DNA from: Callorhinchus milii
Lineage: Eukaryota
Direction of reading: 5' to 3'
Assembly: GCF_018977255.1 (NCBI RefSeq)
Contig: NW_024704742.1
Coordinates: forward strand, 54,376,001-54,440,000
DNA: 64,000 bases
The notes below the pieces were generated by a model. That model worked only from the letters and a program-made list of their open reading frames with translations, was not told the origin of the DNA and did no database searches. A program made the translations under genes and the position numbers. Position 1 is the stretch's first letter. The number at the start of each line of letters is the position of its first letter. Of the stretch, positions 1 to 11,603 are shown piece after piece.

Positions 1-45
1 ATTATACTACTGACAATGAAATCCTTCCTGATAAGGTGATCTAGT

Positions 46-110
46 CAACAAGACAACAACAACAACAAGATTCCATTTATAAAGCGCCTTTCACGTCAGG
101 AGGACGTCCC
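46..110 (-). mobile_element. Ultra-short L2 LINE 3' terminus (stem-loop plus (TTG)n tail only)
   Basis: Reverse complement is GGGACGTCCTCCTGACGTGAAAGGCGCTTTATAAATGGAATCTTGTTGTTG, identical to the end of the L2 copy at 38980-39042. Confidence 0.9.
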
Positions 111-473
111 ATGAATCAGAGAAGCCAATGATATAGAAAATTGAGGCCATTGCACAAACCTAAGAATATGGGGAACCATCAACTTCTTCCCACATTGTTA
201 CTGTCCTCTAAAATGTGCAGGAGAGCAGCCTAGGTAGCAACCTATGATTCTGTCTTTTCCTGAGTGCCCCTGTGACCTACCCAGATGATGTGGGTTGGAT
301 GGTGAATTCACCACACAGGGATCAAATCTGTGTCCTATTGGGCTATGCAGTAAAATAATGAATCAGAAATTGGATAAAACTAGAATACAGATTATATCAT
401 TTTCACAAAATTCCTTTAAATCCTGGCAGCAGAGTAGAATTTAGGAGGAAATTTTCCACGAGATCCTTCAGCT

Positions 474-592
474 CACAAATATACGGTCAATTCACTTTAC
501 AGTCTATTCTGTGAAGTGCTTTGAGATGTTGAGAAGACGTGAAAAGCGCTATATCAAATGCAAGGATTATTATTATTATTATTATTATTATT
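474..592 (+). mobile_element. 3' fragment of the young tRNA-derived SINE
   Basis: Matches the 3' half of full copies (e.g. 54765-55080); ends AAAAGCGCTATATCAAATGCAAGGA(TTA)n. Confidence 0.9.
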
Positions 593-864
593 ACATTATC
601 CTGCAAGATAAAACAATGATTTCAAATGGGTATTTTGAGATGAATAGAAATTGTGCTTTCTCCTACAACGCGTTAGTAAAACCTAGAGGCAGGCTCTGCA
701 ATACTACAATAAACCCAAATATAATGATGATAATAATAAAGATAATAATTCTTACATTTAATGTCTCAAAAGTACTATGCAGGATCTTACTGCAGTGACT
801 GTGCATTTGGTTAGCTAATGTAATACTTGCTTTGACTTAGCAATTTATCCACCTGGAGCACCTT

Positions 865-1069
865 AAAACTCTTCACAATAATTACTGTTCAGTGCAATAA
901 CTGTGTGTTTATGGATGAATAGAGCAGCCAATTTATATGCAGTGTCCCACAGATAGCAAGGAGGTGAATGATCAATTTTAACTGGAGAATTATTGGCCAG
1001 GATACTGGCAGAAACTCTCTTCTCATTTTGAATAGTGCCATGAGAACTTTATTATTCCAGCTGAACAGG
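865..1069 (-). mobile_element. Old Deu-domain SINE fragment (SacSINE1/AmnSINE1-type)
   Basis: TTGGCCAGGATACTGG...TTTTGAATAGTGCCATG...CTGAACAGG motif shared with other copies here (51780-52265) and recalled from DeuSINEs. Confidence 0.7.
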
Positions 1070-2315
1070 GAGAGTGTTTCAGAATTTTGGGGCATAGTGG
1101 CTGAAAGTACGAGCTCCAATGGTGCGGCGGAAGGTGCAAGGGATGAGCAGGAGGCCAGTGCCAGTCGAGCAGAGGCGCTGGGTGGTAGATTGTGGAGTGA
1201 GGAGGTCAGAGAGGTAGGGAGGTGCCAGGGAGTGAAGGGATTTGAACACGAGAGTGAGGATCTTGAAGTCAATCCGTTTGGTGATGGAGAGCCAGTGGAG
1301 TCTGGCCAGAACTGGTGAGATGTGGTTATGGAGTTTGGTCTCGGTCAGTATGTGGGCAGCAAAACTTTGTACGAGCTGGATCTTGTGAATAGTGGAGCTG
1401 GGGAGACTGGCGAGACGTGTGTTGGAGTAATCTGAGTGGGAGATGAGAAACGTATGCACAAGGGTTTTGACTACATTTGGGGTAAGGTACGGTTGGAGGA
1501 GGGCAATGTGAAGGAGGTGGAAGAAAGTGGTCCTGGTCAGGAACTGGATGTTGGGAAGAAAAGGATAACTGGGCATCGAACCGGTAGCCTAGGTTGCGCG
1601 CTGGTTCAGTGAGTCTGAGAGAGAGCCCAGGGAGGTTGAGGAGTTTAGATCCACAGGAGTGAAGATGAAGATGGGAGCCAAGGTGTATGGCTTCTGTCTT
1701 GTCCACATTCACCTGCAGGAAGTTTACACTTATCTAAGCCTTGATGTCTGCCAGACAAGCTGATAGAACATCGGAGGATCTGGAGTTCTTACTGGAGGAG
1801 GCAAAGTAGATTTGTGTGTAATCCACATACATGTTGAAGTTTACCCCATGTCTGCGGATGACATCGCTCAGAGGGAGCATATAAATAAGGAAAAGAAGAG
1901 GGCCAAGGATGGAGCCCTGGGGTACCCCGCAGGTGACCAGGCAGGGGTGGGAGGAGAAACCATTTGCTGAGATTAAATAGAGGCGGTTGGTTAAGTAGGA
2001 CTCGAACCAGGCAAGTGTGGCCCCACTAAGGTAGATGAGGGAGGAGAGGCGGTAGAGGAGGATGGCGTGGTCAAATGTGTCAAATGCGGCGGAGAGATCC
2101 AGGAGGATGAGGAGGCAGAGGGAGCCCTGGTCACAGATAGAGAGAATGTCGTCTGTGACTTTGACAAGCGCTGTATCTGTGCTGTGGTCAGGGCAAAAAC
2201 CAGACTGCAGGCGCTCGAGGAGGGAGTGGAGGGAGAGGTGTGACTGAAGTTGACCTGCAACAATGCGTTCCAGGACTTTGATAAGGAAGAGTAGGTTGGA
2301 GATTGGACGGTAGTG
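1070..2315 (-). mobile_element. L2 LINE ORF2 fragment (reverse transcriptase and C-terminus), frameshifted
   Basis: ORFs give YRPISNL, LLDLSAAFDTFDH, GVPQGSILGPLLF, degenerate YADD (YVDY), LARLHWL..RIDFKIL. Confidence 0.95.
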
Positions 2316-2759
2316 ATGGTTAATTTTGAAATAATGTAGCTTGCCAGTGAAAGCACTGTTTGCCAAGCTTCCTGTGGCTTGTCCAGCTAGGACCACCCTA
2401 CCAGTGAGGGCTTTAGCTTGGAGCATTAACAAAGAGCTGAGTGGGAAGAGTCCTATGTGGATTTGAATTAATTAACTGCAACAACAACAACTTGCATTTA
2501 TGCAGTGGCTTTCATGCAGGATAACAACTCTGAGCACCTGCATAGTGATGGGATTGGATGTCAAGCAAAGGACACAGATTTAGTGAAGTAATTAAGAAGA
2601 CTTCACACCAACACTATACAGTTACGAAACACATTGGTGTATATTCCTTATCTTAATTAGAAAAGGGAACACTGCCATTCTTATTCCTAAGGTCCTAGTC
2701 CCTACATGTTTAAGAACAAGTAAGGTTTGATGCAATTAAATAACACTTGCAAGCTTCAC

Positions 2760-3048
2760 TCTGGCTGAGTGAGTTTATCCAGTGAGTAACTTAGGCACAC
2801 AGGCCGGGAAAGCCCAGGTTCAATCCACAGTCAATTCTGAGTTAGCTGGTCTGAGCTTTGGTATCAGTAATGGAGCTACTTTTGTCATCAGTCCTTTGTG
2901 CTAGGCTAAGAAAAGTCACAAGTGACTCTTGCTCCTGGTCACTATCTAGGAATTTCTGCTGGAGGTGCTCAACCTGCTCATTGAGTGAGGTGAACATCAG
3001 ACCCACTGTGACATGGCTTAACCTTGGCACACACACACTCAAGCAGAG
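2760..3048 (+). mobile_element. Ancient tRNA-headed SINE relic (recalled similarity to AmnSINE2), interrupted by a young SINE
   Basis: B-box-like GGTTCAATCC then CTGAGTTAGCTGGTCTGAGC...GCTCCTGGTCACTATC...CTGCTGGA; a similar degenerate sequence lies at about 47840-48180. Family name is from memory only. Confidence 0.4.
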
Positions 3049-3369
3049 AATAATAATAATAATAATCCTTGCATTTGATATAGCGCTTTTCACGTCGGGA
3101 GGACGTCCCAAAGCGCTTCACAGAACACACTATAAAGTGAATTGACTGTATATTTGTGGGCGAACGCGGCAGCCAATTGCGCACAGCAATGTCGCACAAA
3201 CAGTCGTACATTGAAAATGACCAATTTATTATTGGTTTTGGTTTTGGAGGAATTATTATTAGGCGTGTGGAGTAAGGAAACTTGCCCAAGGTTTTGCCCT
3301 GCCTGGAATTGAACTCAGGTCTCTCGCTTGCAAAGCGAGTGCTCTAACCATGGAGCTGCAAGACTCCAC
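3049..3369 (-). mobile_element. Full-length young tRNA-derived SINE (short variant, L2-matched tail)
   Basis: tRNA-like head with A and B boxes, Deu-like body, tail GGGACGTCCTCCCGACGTGAAAAGCGCTATATCAAATGCAAGGA(TTA)n. Confidence 0.95.
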
Positions 3370-4394
3370 AAACTGCATTGGAGGTGCACAGTACACACAA
3401 TGGAGACTTTTGTCATTGGAAGGGCTCTAGACAGTGACTGCCAGGATTAATTTTACAGAAAGGGCCAAGACAAGTACCTCAGGAATGCTTTTAACATATC
3501 AAATCTGATGCATCCCGACATGTGCGTTTCATGCTGTGTCATACATAGTGTTAACAGTATTGAGAGTAGAACATACCATAAACCAGGTAAAAGAAACCTC
3601 TTATCACCTTCAGTCATATCCTACAGAGGTATGTAGATCAGCGCAACTGCCATCTTTTATTTGGTTCAGTAAACATCAACATTTATAAGACCACAGGGGA
3701 AGCAAAGTCCATATGTTGGGCCATCTGGGATGTTGATATATTCATGCATGCAGATAAATACAGAGCTGTCAATGTGCAGTGAAATGTCTAGTGAGGCCTC
3801 TGAATCCTTTACTTTCAACGGTGTGTCAGCTGCAGGCTACATTAAAAGTGCATTGGAGGTGCACAGTCATCATTTAGTGACATGATGACAGTTTATGTCA
3901 TGACTGTTTAGTTGGTACTTAAGACATATCAAAGTATCAAAGTAATTAACACATTACATTATAATTGGCAAGACATTTACCGTGATGCCTATCTAGAATA
4001 TTCAGTTTGTTTAATTGTTTTATGGCTATTTTGATGTGTTCTCTCATTCTTATTTGATAAGTTTCACTATATTACTCAGCTCTCTCAGATCATGCACATG
4101 TTATGTAGTCTACAACAGAGGTCATGTTATCTCTGAGTCTTTGGTGCTGGCAGTAAGCAGAATAATAGCATTATCTTTTTTACAAATTTATTGAAAAGAG
4201 GTGATTGAATGACTAGATCCATAATAATGTTATAACATAATCCATCAGTTTGAGGAAGAGAATTCAGTTTGTATCCGTCTCATTCATAATGCATGGATTT
4301 CACTTCCCCAAAACCACAGCTAAGCAATCATGGTGCTTTGCTGACAGGTGTGCAGCATCACTATACCCATTGGGCTTATTTTATCAAAAACAAT

Positions 4395-4740
4395 TCAGTC
4401 CAATTTAAAATCTTCTATCTGTCCACAAGGTTCCCTTTGACATATGACTTTTCAAGGCAGACGATCCCTAACCTGTCTAATTGTTGCTCATAACTCATTC
4501 GTCTAACATTGGGGATCATCCTCGTTGCTCTCCTCTGCAATGCCTCTTGGGATTGGGCAGCTAAGGCAATATGTTATGTTATGGCAACCAGGACTAAAGC
4601 AGGTGCATCTTGAACAGAGCATTGTACAACCTGAGTATGATTTCTAGATATCTGAACGCAATGGATTTGGCAATATAGTCCAGAACCCTTGTTGATTGCT
4701 GCTTCACAATTGATATTTCTGCATCATGCATCGACCTCCA
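4395..4740 (-). mobile_element. Old CR1 LINE fragment
   Basis: Degenerate CR1 ORF2 C-terminal pattern on the minus strand (…GGATCATCCTCGTTGCTCTCCTCTGCA…GGCAACCAGGACT…AGCATTGTACAACCTGAG). Confidence 0.55.
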
Positions 4741-5640
4741 CAGACTGGATGATTGATTTGGTTTTGATTTCCTGAAACATAAGTCTTTTTGGAGTCACTT
4801 TCCAGAGAGTGAAAGCCCAATTGTTTGAAAGCTGTTCTCACCTCTGAAATAATCAATGGGAGTCAGGAACAAGGTAACCAAAGAGTTTCAAATTTCAGCT
4901 CTTTTTACAAGAATGGTGAAGTAAACAACATTCTTTGTAATATCTTTGATGCGAAAAAATAAATTAATTAAATCAGACAGGCAAAGACAAAATGGAAAAA
5001 ATAGCAAACAGGGGAAAAAAAAGCAATGACGCAGAATTTAAATGTTTTATTCTAATTAAGATAAATCTTAAGATGATTGAGTTGAATATCCTTGTCCACA
5101 GTCCTAAGATCCTCTCATTGTTTCATCTAAATTTGGTATATAATCTTCTTTAGCCAAACGTTCCAGATATCAAGCTCTGTCCTCTTTTTCAAAACCACTT
5201 CCACTTGTTACATTTCAATGTCTTTAAAATCCTCTTTAAAACATATTTCTTCAATCATGCCTTTAATCAACACTCAAATATTTTATTTCCCTACTCTGTG
5301 TCCACAATTATATTTGTCACATATAATATCTCAAACATGGTAGATTGAAGGAGTAACCAGATTATTCCTTCTATAGAACTGCTTTAGTCTATCTTAATCG
5401 ATCCCAATCATTCAAGCTAGGTTTGGTGTATTGCTACTTGTCAACAGTTGACACACAGTTCTCTGACAATGATGTTTTGTAATTGCCTGCTTGGAAGTGT
5501 GGAGTAATGTAGACAGGCTGTAGTAGTGCTGCTGTCCCTATGGAAAGGTGCTATCACTGCCCAGTGCTTGTCCTCGACAGCCTGAAAAGTTTTGTATAAA
5601 GAAAATCATGGATATCGATTTGTAAGTATGAGTGTCTACA

Positions 5641-5952
5641 GGAATCATGTAACTCAGTGGTTAGAGCACTTGCTTTGCAAGCAAGAGACCTGGGTTTGAT
5701 TCTTGGCAGGGTGAAACCTTGAACAAGTTTCCTTACTCCACACTCCTGATAATAATCCCTCAAGAAAAAAAAACAATAATAATTTGGTCTCTTTAATCCA
5801 TGACTGTTTGTCGGACACTGCTGTGTGCAATTGGCTGCCGCATTTCACCCACAAATATACATTCAATTCACTTTATAGTCTATTCTGTGAAGGGCTTTGC
5901 GATGTCTAGAAGATGTGTAAAGCGCTGTATCAAATGCAAAGATTATTATTAT
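5641..5952 (+). mobile_element. Full-length tRNA-derived SINE (short variant)
   Basis: TAACTCAGTGGTTAGAGCAC head, GGTTTGATTC B box, (TTA)n tail. Confidence 0.93.
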
Positions 5953-6471
5953 CACTACATAAATGCAAGCTGTTTTTGAACTAACATTTTTGAATAAAAG
6001 CAAAGTTGAAGCTTTGATGGTGAAGGCTTTCAGTGACTGTTTTAAGAGCTGAATCTACTTATAAACGCTGTAGCCTGGATTTGTACTGGGGGCTTTGAAT
6101 GATTTTTCCACAATAGAGAACAGTAGTTGCTTTGTTTTAAGTTGTAATGTGTATTGACTTCTCAGAGGGCGATTTAACAGGAATGATAACTCAGTTATTT
6201 GATCAAAGAAGATCGACAAAAAAGTAAGCTGAGAACACTTGTCGGTGGATTATATTTATGAGTAAAGTATCAACATTAACTCTTTTTAAATGAAGTAGTA
6301 ATCTTCTTTAATTTTATTTGAATGTTGATAAGGAACTTTCATGGACTTCTCCATTCCAGCTTTTAACTAAATGGTGAGTAAACAAACAAGAGATCAAATG
6401 CTATTTATTTTGCTTCTTAAATTCAAATACTTTGCAATAATTGCAAACTGCTCTTCTGTTATTAAAGCTAC

Positions 6472-7830
6472 AACAGCCCTGATCAAAGTGACAAATGACA
6501 TTCTGTCCATCTGTGACCAGGGCTCCCTCTGCCTCCTCGTCCGCCTTGACCTCTCTACTGTTTTTGACACCATCGACCACTCTATCCTCATCTACTGCCT
6601 CTCCTCTCACATCAACCTTCATGGCACTGTCCTTGACTGGTTCAGATAGTACCTCTCGAACCGCCTCCATTTCATCTCCTCAAACGGCTTCTTCTCTAGC
6701 CCCTGGACCATCTCATATGGCATTCCTCAGGGCTCTGTCCTTGGTCCCCTCCTCTTCACCATCTCTATGCTCCCTCTTGGTGACATCATCCGCAGACATG
6801 CGGTCAACTTCCACATGTACAACAGCAACAACAAAATCACATTTATAGAGTGCCTTTCACATCAGGAGGACGTCCCAAACTCTATCTCTCTGCCTACATC
6901 ATTGACTCCAGGACCACTGCTGTCCTGACAGAATGTCTGTAAGACATCAAGTCCTGGATGAGAGCTAACTTTCTTCAGTTGAACATCAACAAGACTGAAG
7001 CTCTCCTGATTGGCTCCTGTCAGCGACTCCTCATCTCAGGCACTGACAGTATCACTATCCATGTTTGCTCACTCCACCTCACTGAGCCAGTCCGGAACCT
7101 TGGGGGCTTGTTTGATCCTCAACTATCCTTTCGACCCCACATCTGTGCCATGACCCCCTCTGCCTTTCCCCACCTCCGCAAGGTTGCCCGGCTCCGCCAC
7201 TGTCTCACACCGCGGGCTGCCGAAACCCTCATACACACCTCCATTACATCGAGGCTCGACTATGCAAACTCATTGCTTGTCGGTCTCCCCAACTCCTCCC
7301 TCCACAGGCTGCAGATCATCCAGAATTCTGCAGCCCGTGTCCTCTCCTGCACCAGGCTCCGCGACCCTATCACCCCCATCCCTGCCCAACTTCACTGGCT
7401 TCCTATTATACAGAGGATACAGTTCAAGATCCTGGTCCTCACCTTCAAAGCCCTCCACTGTCTCACTCCCCCCTACATTTGCAACCTCCTAACCCTCTAC
7501 CATCCTGCTCGTGTCCTCCACTCAGTGGGCTTTGGCCTACTTCACCTCCCCCACCTCACTCACCCCACTATTGGCGGGCGGACCGTCTGCCACTCTGCCC
7601 CCACCTTCTGGAACTCCATTCCGCAGTCCCTCCATCTCGTCCCCTCCCTGCCACCTTCAAGACCCATCTCAAGACCCTCCTCTTCGACCGTGCTTTCAAT
7701 CTCCCTGCTTTCCCACTTACCCTCCACCTTCCCCGAACCCCAGCTCGGATCCGTAACTCTGTCTGTCCAGTGCCTTGGGACATCCTCCCGACATGAAAGG
7801 CGCTTTACAATGTAAATTTGTTGTTGTTGT
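6472..7830 (+). mobile_element. 5'-truncated L2 LINE (RT to 3' end)
   Basis: TALIKVTNDIL, LDLSTVFDTIDH, LQLNINKTE, SRLDYANSLL, LHWLP; ends in stem-loop and (TTG)n. Confidence 0.95.
6819..6878 (-). mobile_element. Ultra-short antisense L2 tail nested in the RT active-site codons of the host L2
   Basis: AACAGCAACAACAAAATCACATTTATAGAGTGCCTTTCACATCAGGAGGACGTCCCAA sits where intact copies (37995-38025) read TATGCGGATGACACCCAA. Confidence 0.88.
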
Positions 7831-8242
7831 AAAACAGAATACTCACACATCAACACTCCCAGATATCTGCTTAGTTCTTTTGCATCTTGCCCTGCAATCA
7901 TAATCGTAACCTTTCGATTTCAATGAAGGATTTTACACTTCAAAAACCAATCATATTTTAAAGTGATTGAAAAAGATTCACCATCTTCTACCAGGGCATG
8001 TTATACAGGAAAAAGAAAACATATCTGCCAAAGTAAATAGGACGTCTGTGTTATGAAAATCCTATTCGGTATGAAATCTGTAAAGATTTGATTGTTTTGG
8101 GGAATGTAACTAATTTTTATGATCTGATAGTGAAAGTCTACAGGAAAAATAATGTGCAGCCATAATGTGTGCTAAAGAATTTGTGTGAGCATTCTGGCTC
8201 CTTCAGTACCTGTTTTTTGTGTAATTCACTAAAAATTTTATT

Positions 8243-8450
8243 GAATAGAATCATATCATGTACAGCAGAGAAACAGACCATTCGACCCATCAAGTTTCCA
8301 TTGGTGTTTTCTCCACTTGAACCACCCAATGTAATCCCACTTTCTTCTTATTCTCCAAATTAATTCCCTTTAAAATAAATTCTGGACTCTGTTTCAACTA
8401 TGGTATGTGGTAAAGAATTTCACATTCCAAACACCTTTGGTGTAAAGAAA
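8243..8450 (-). mobile_element. CR1-type 3' end fragment
   Basis: AATAGAATCAT...ACAGCAGAGAAACAGACCATTCGACCCATC is the reverse complement of the CR1 tail seen at 34005-34051. Confidence 0.65.
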
Positions 8451-8509
8451 TACAAATGCAGTTTGTGACTTTTTAAGCTTTCAACTTGATAATTATTGCT
8501 GTGCATTAC

Positions 8510-8894
8510 CCACATCAGGACTTGAACTCTCACAGTCTAAAGTGACACTCCAATACAATGCTGGAGTGAGGGGGGTGGGGGTGTTGCATTGTTGGAGGTG
8601 CAATCCTTAGGATGAGGTGTTAAACCGAGGTCCTGTTTGCCTGTTCAGGTGGATGTCAAAGATCCCTTGCTACTACTCGAAAGAGAAGGGAGTTCCTCCC
8701 CTCCAACAATCACTCAAATAAAATTGGTCATTCGTTTCATAGCTGTTTGTGGGACATTGCTATGTGCAAACTGGCTGCCCTATTCACTTACAAAACACAC
8801 AGCAACTACACTTCACAGTAATATTCTGTGAAGCATTTTGAAGCAGCTTGACAGGGTGATATGGTGCTTTATCAGATTCAAGGATTATTATTAT
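8510..8894 (+). mobile_element. Deu-domain SINE
   Basis: GGATGAGGTGTTAAACCGAGGTCCTGTTTGCCTGTTCAGGTGGATGTCAAAGATCCC core; L2-like tail with (TTA)n. Confidence 0.85.
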
Positions 8895-10179
8895 AGTTTT
8901 AAAGACCTCAAACTATTACCCTTTAATCTTTTCAGTTCAATAAAAATGCTCTGACTTGTCAAGCCTTCTACTTTACCTACTGAGATCATGATACGATTCA
9001 ATGTCTGAATCAATTGATGTATTAAATCAAATGCTCTATCATTTGATTTATTATTCAGTTTCAGATGGAAAGTTAAACATTTGTAAACTTTTACTTTTTA
9101 CATTAAAATCTTATAAATTCTCCACATATTCATCAGTGTGAAATATTCAGATGTCCTTTTTTTTTCCCCCTGCAAGTATAGCATTTTATCATGGTGTCAA
9201 GACTTCTCACTTCGCAGGAATCACTGTAAAGTGTAGGGACTGTGTATTTGCAGGTGAATCCAGCAGCCAATTTGTTCACAGTAATCACCCGACCCATAAA
9301 CAGCCATGAAGTGACTCCTTGTCATATTCACACGTGCAGTACGTTTGCCAAGCCTATTAGCAGCTATTTGTGAGTTCCTTTAAATTATCCCTCCAAGTGT
9401 TGAATTTCTGTTGTAGCTAGAAATACAACTGCTGCAGGCAAGCCAAGAGGTAGTTAATAAAGCAAATTTAGAAGCTTTGTTTGAAGGTAGATGTTTGATG
9501 GTTCCCCCTGGATCATCTATAAAATAAATTGTTTTACAAGGTTTCTCATTTCATGCTAATGGTATTTTTAAAAGAGGTTCTTAATTTTTTGTTTTAAAGC
9601 TAATTGCAATTTGAGTGGTTTGTAAAATTCACTGATTGACTTGTTGCTGTGTTTCAAAGAGCAATCAAGTTAGCATAAAATCGGAAGCTTTATAAAATTG
9701 TGCAATCCTGTCTGTTTCGCTTAGGAACATAGGAACCAGAATGGGCCATTCGACCTGTCAAATCTGCTCTGGCAATTCTTAGGTCATGGCGGATCTAATG
9801 CTATTTGCCTGCCTTTTCTCCATACTACCTGATATCCTTACTAGCCAAATCAAAAAAGAGATAGTCAGATTCTTGGGTAATGTGAATATTAAGAGGTATG
9901 GTGAAAGGGCAGGGAGGGCATTGAGATTAAAGGATGTTCACACCGATCCCCTTTTCAGTTCCCATCCACACAACATTCTTACCTAGTTTGGGTGCCCAGC
10001 ACAGTATCAAATGACATCCTCCCAGTGTGAAATGTGCTATATAAAAGTAAATCGTATTGCAATGTGTCTGTCAAGATCTAAATCTGGTGGAACAGGCTCG
10101 ATGGGCTGAATTGTTTTTTCTGTTCCTGTTTCACATGTTCAGAATTGGTATCTTGTGCAGTGTAACTGTTTTTCCTTTT

Positions 10180-10422
10180 AAATACAAAATATAATTTACA
10201 TGGTACCTTCACATCAGGAGGACATCTCAAAGCGCTTGACAATGCTTTGAGGGGGTGGGAAGGGGAAAGGTGACCGAAAGCATGGCAAAGAGATACGTTT
10301 TGAGGTGGCACTAGAACGAGTAGAAAGCAAACGAGTTGGAAGGCCTCTAGGTTGGAGTTACAGAAAGCGAGAACAGAAAGGCTGAACGTCCGCCTGCTAA
10401 TGGTGGGGCGAGTAGAGTGGAG
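10180..10422 (-). mobile_element. Old L2 3' fragment
   Basis: CCTTCACATCAGGAGGACATCTCAAAGCGC stem-loop; translation RPTISRRTFSLS matches the L2 C-terminus. Confidence 0.75.
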
Positions 10423-10794
10423 GACATGTTTACAAATGTAATTTTGTTGTTGTTGTTTCAGTGTTTTTAAATGTTTCAATATGCTATCAATTTTATTCGG
10501 GAGTGAATGTGTTAGTTTTGTTTAGTGGGGAATTTGTGTATGTACCAAAAGCTTGACAAAGGCCTACCCTGAGATCAGGAGTTTTTGACAACTGTCCAGC
10601 AGCACATAACCTCAAGGGAGAAGCCATTATTATACAGTATCATCAACCTGAGGGGAGATGTTTATGTCAAAATATTTAGGAATATAACAAAATTTACAAC
10701 AAGAAGAGGTAATTCAGCCCTTTCCTTCCATAAAGAGTACACAATGTATACTATCAGGTATCTACTTCACTAGCCCCCTGAAGCTAACTTAGAG

Positions 10795-11000
10795 CTACAT
10801 AGAATGATGGATGCACGGAAACAGGTCATTTGGACCCACTAACCCATGCCGGTGTTTATACTCCTCCTATTCCCCTCACCAATACCTCTCAATTTCCTTC
10901 TCCATCATGAATGGGTCAAGATTTTTAAAAACATCATTGATTGATACATTCCTTTAACCACAGATTGCAACAAGAATGAGAAAGAGTTCCAGATTCTTTC
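10795..11000 (-). mobile_element. Old CR1-type 3' fragment
   Basis: ACATAGAA...GCACGGAAACAGGTCATTTGGACC pattern resembles other CR1 tails in the window. Confidence 0.55.
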
Positions 11001-11049
11001 AGTTCTCTGAGGCTTTTCATGGTTTTGACCTTAATTTTAACGATACCAC

Positions 11050-11184
11050 TAATCCTTGCATTTGATATAACGCCTTATCATGTCATTGAGATGTCTCAAA
11101 GCGCTTTACAGAATATACTATAAAGTGAATTGACTGTATATTTTGCAAGGCAAGCTAGTTAACCACTACACTACAGGACTCCAC
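11050..11184 (-). mobile_element. Internally deleted tRNA-derived SINE (head joined to tail)
   Basis: Tail TAATCCTTGCATTTGATAT followed within 135 bp by head CTACAGGACTCCAC. Confidence 0.8.
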
Positions 11185-11278
11185 AAGATAAAATTGTATG
11201 GAATGAATTTGGAAACACTTTAAGTTTAGTCTCAGTTTTGAAGTCAGTTTTTTTACAGTTCTTTTTAAAGTATGTGGT

Positions 11279-11603
11279 ATAATAATCATAATAATCCTTG
11301 CATTTGATATAGCAATTTTCACGTCTTCTAGATGTCTAAAAGCGCTTCACAGAATATGCTGTAAAGTGAATTGACTGTATATTTGTGGGTGAAACACAGC
11401 AGCCAATTGCGGACAGCAGTGTCTCACAAAGAGTCGAGGATTGAAGTGACCAATTTATTATTGTTTTTGTTTCTTGAGGATTATTATCAGGCGTGTGGAG
11501 TAAGGAAACTTGCCCAAGGTTTTGCACTGCTGGGAATTGAGCCCAGGTCTCTTGTTTGCACGGCAAGTGCTCTAACCACTGAGCTACAGGACTGAGCTAC
11601 AGG
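11279..11603 (-). mobile_element. Full-length tRNA-derived SINE (short variant)
   Basis: Colinear with 3049-3369; ACTGAGCTACAGG is duplicated at its 5' end. Confidence 0.93.
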
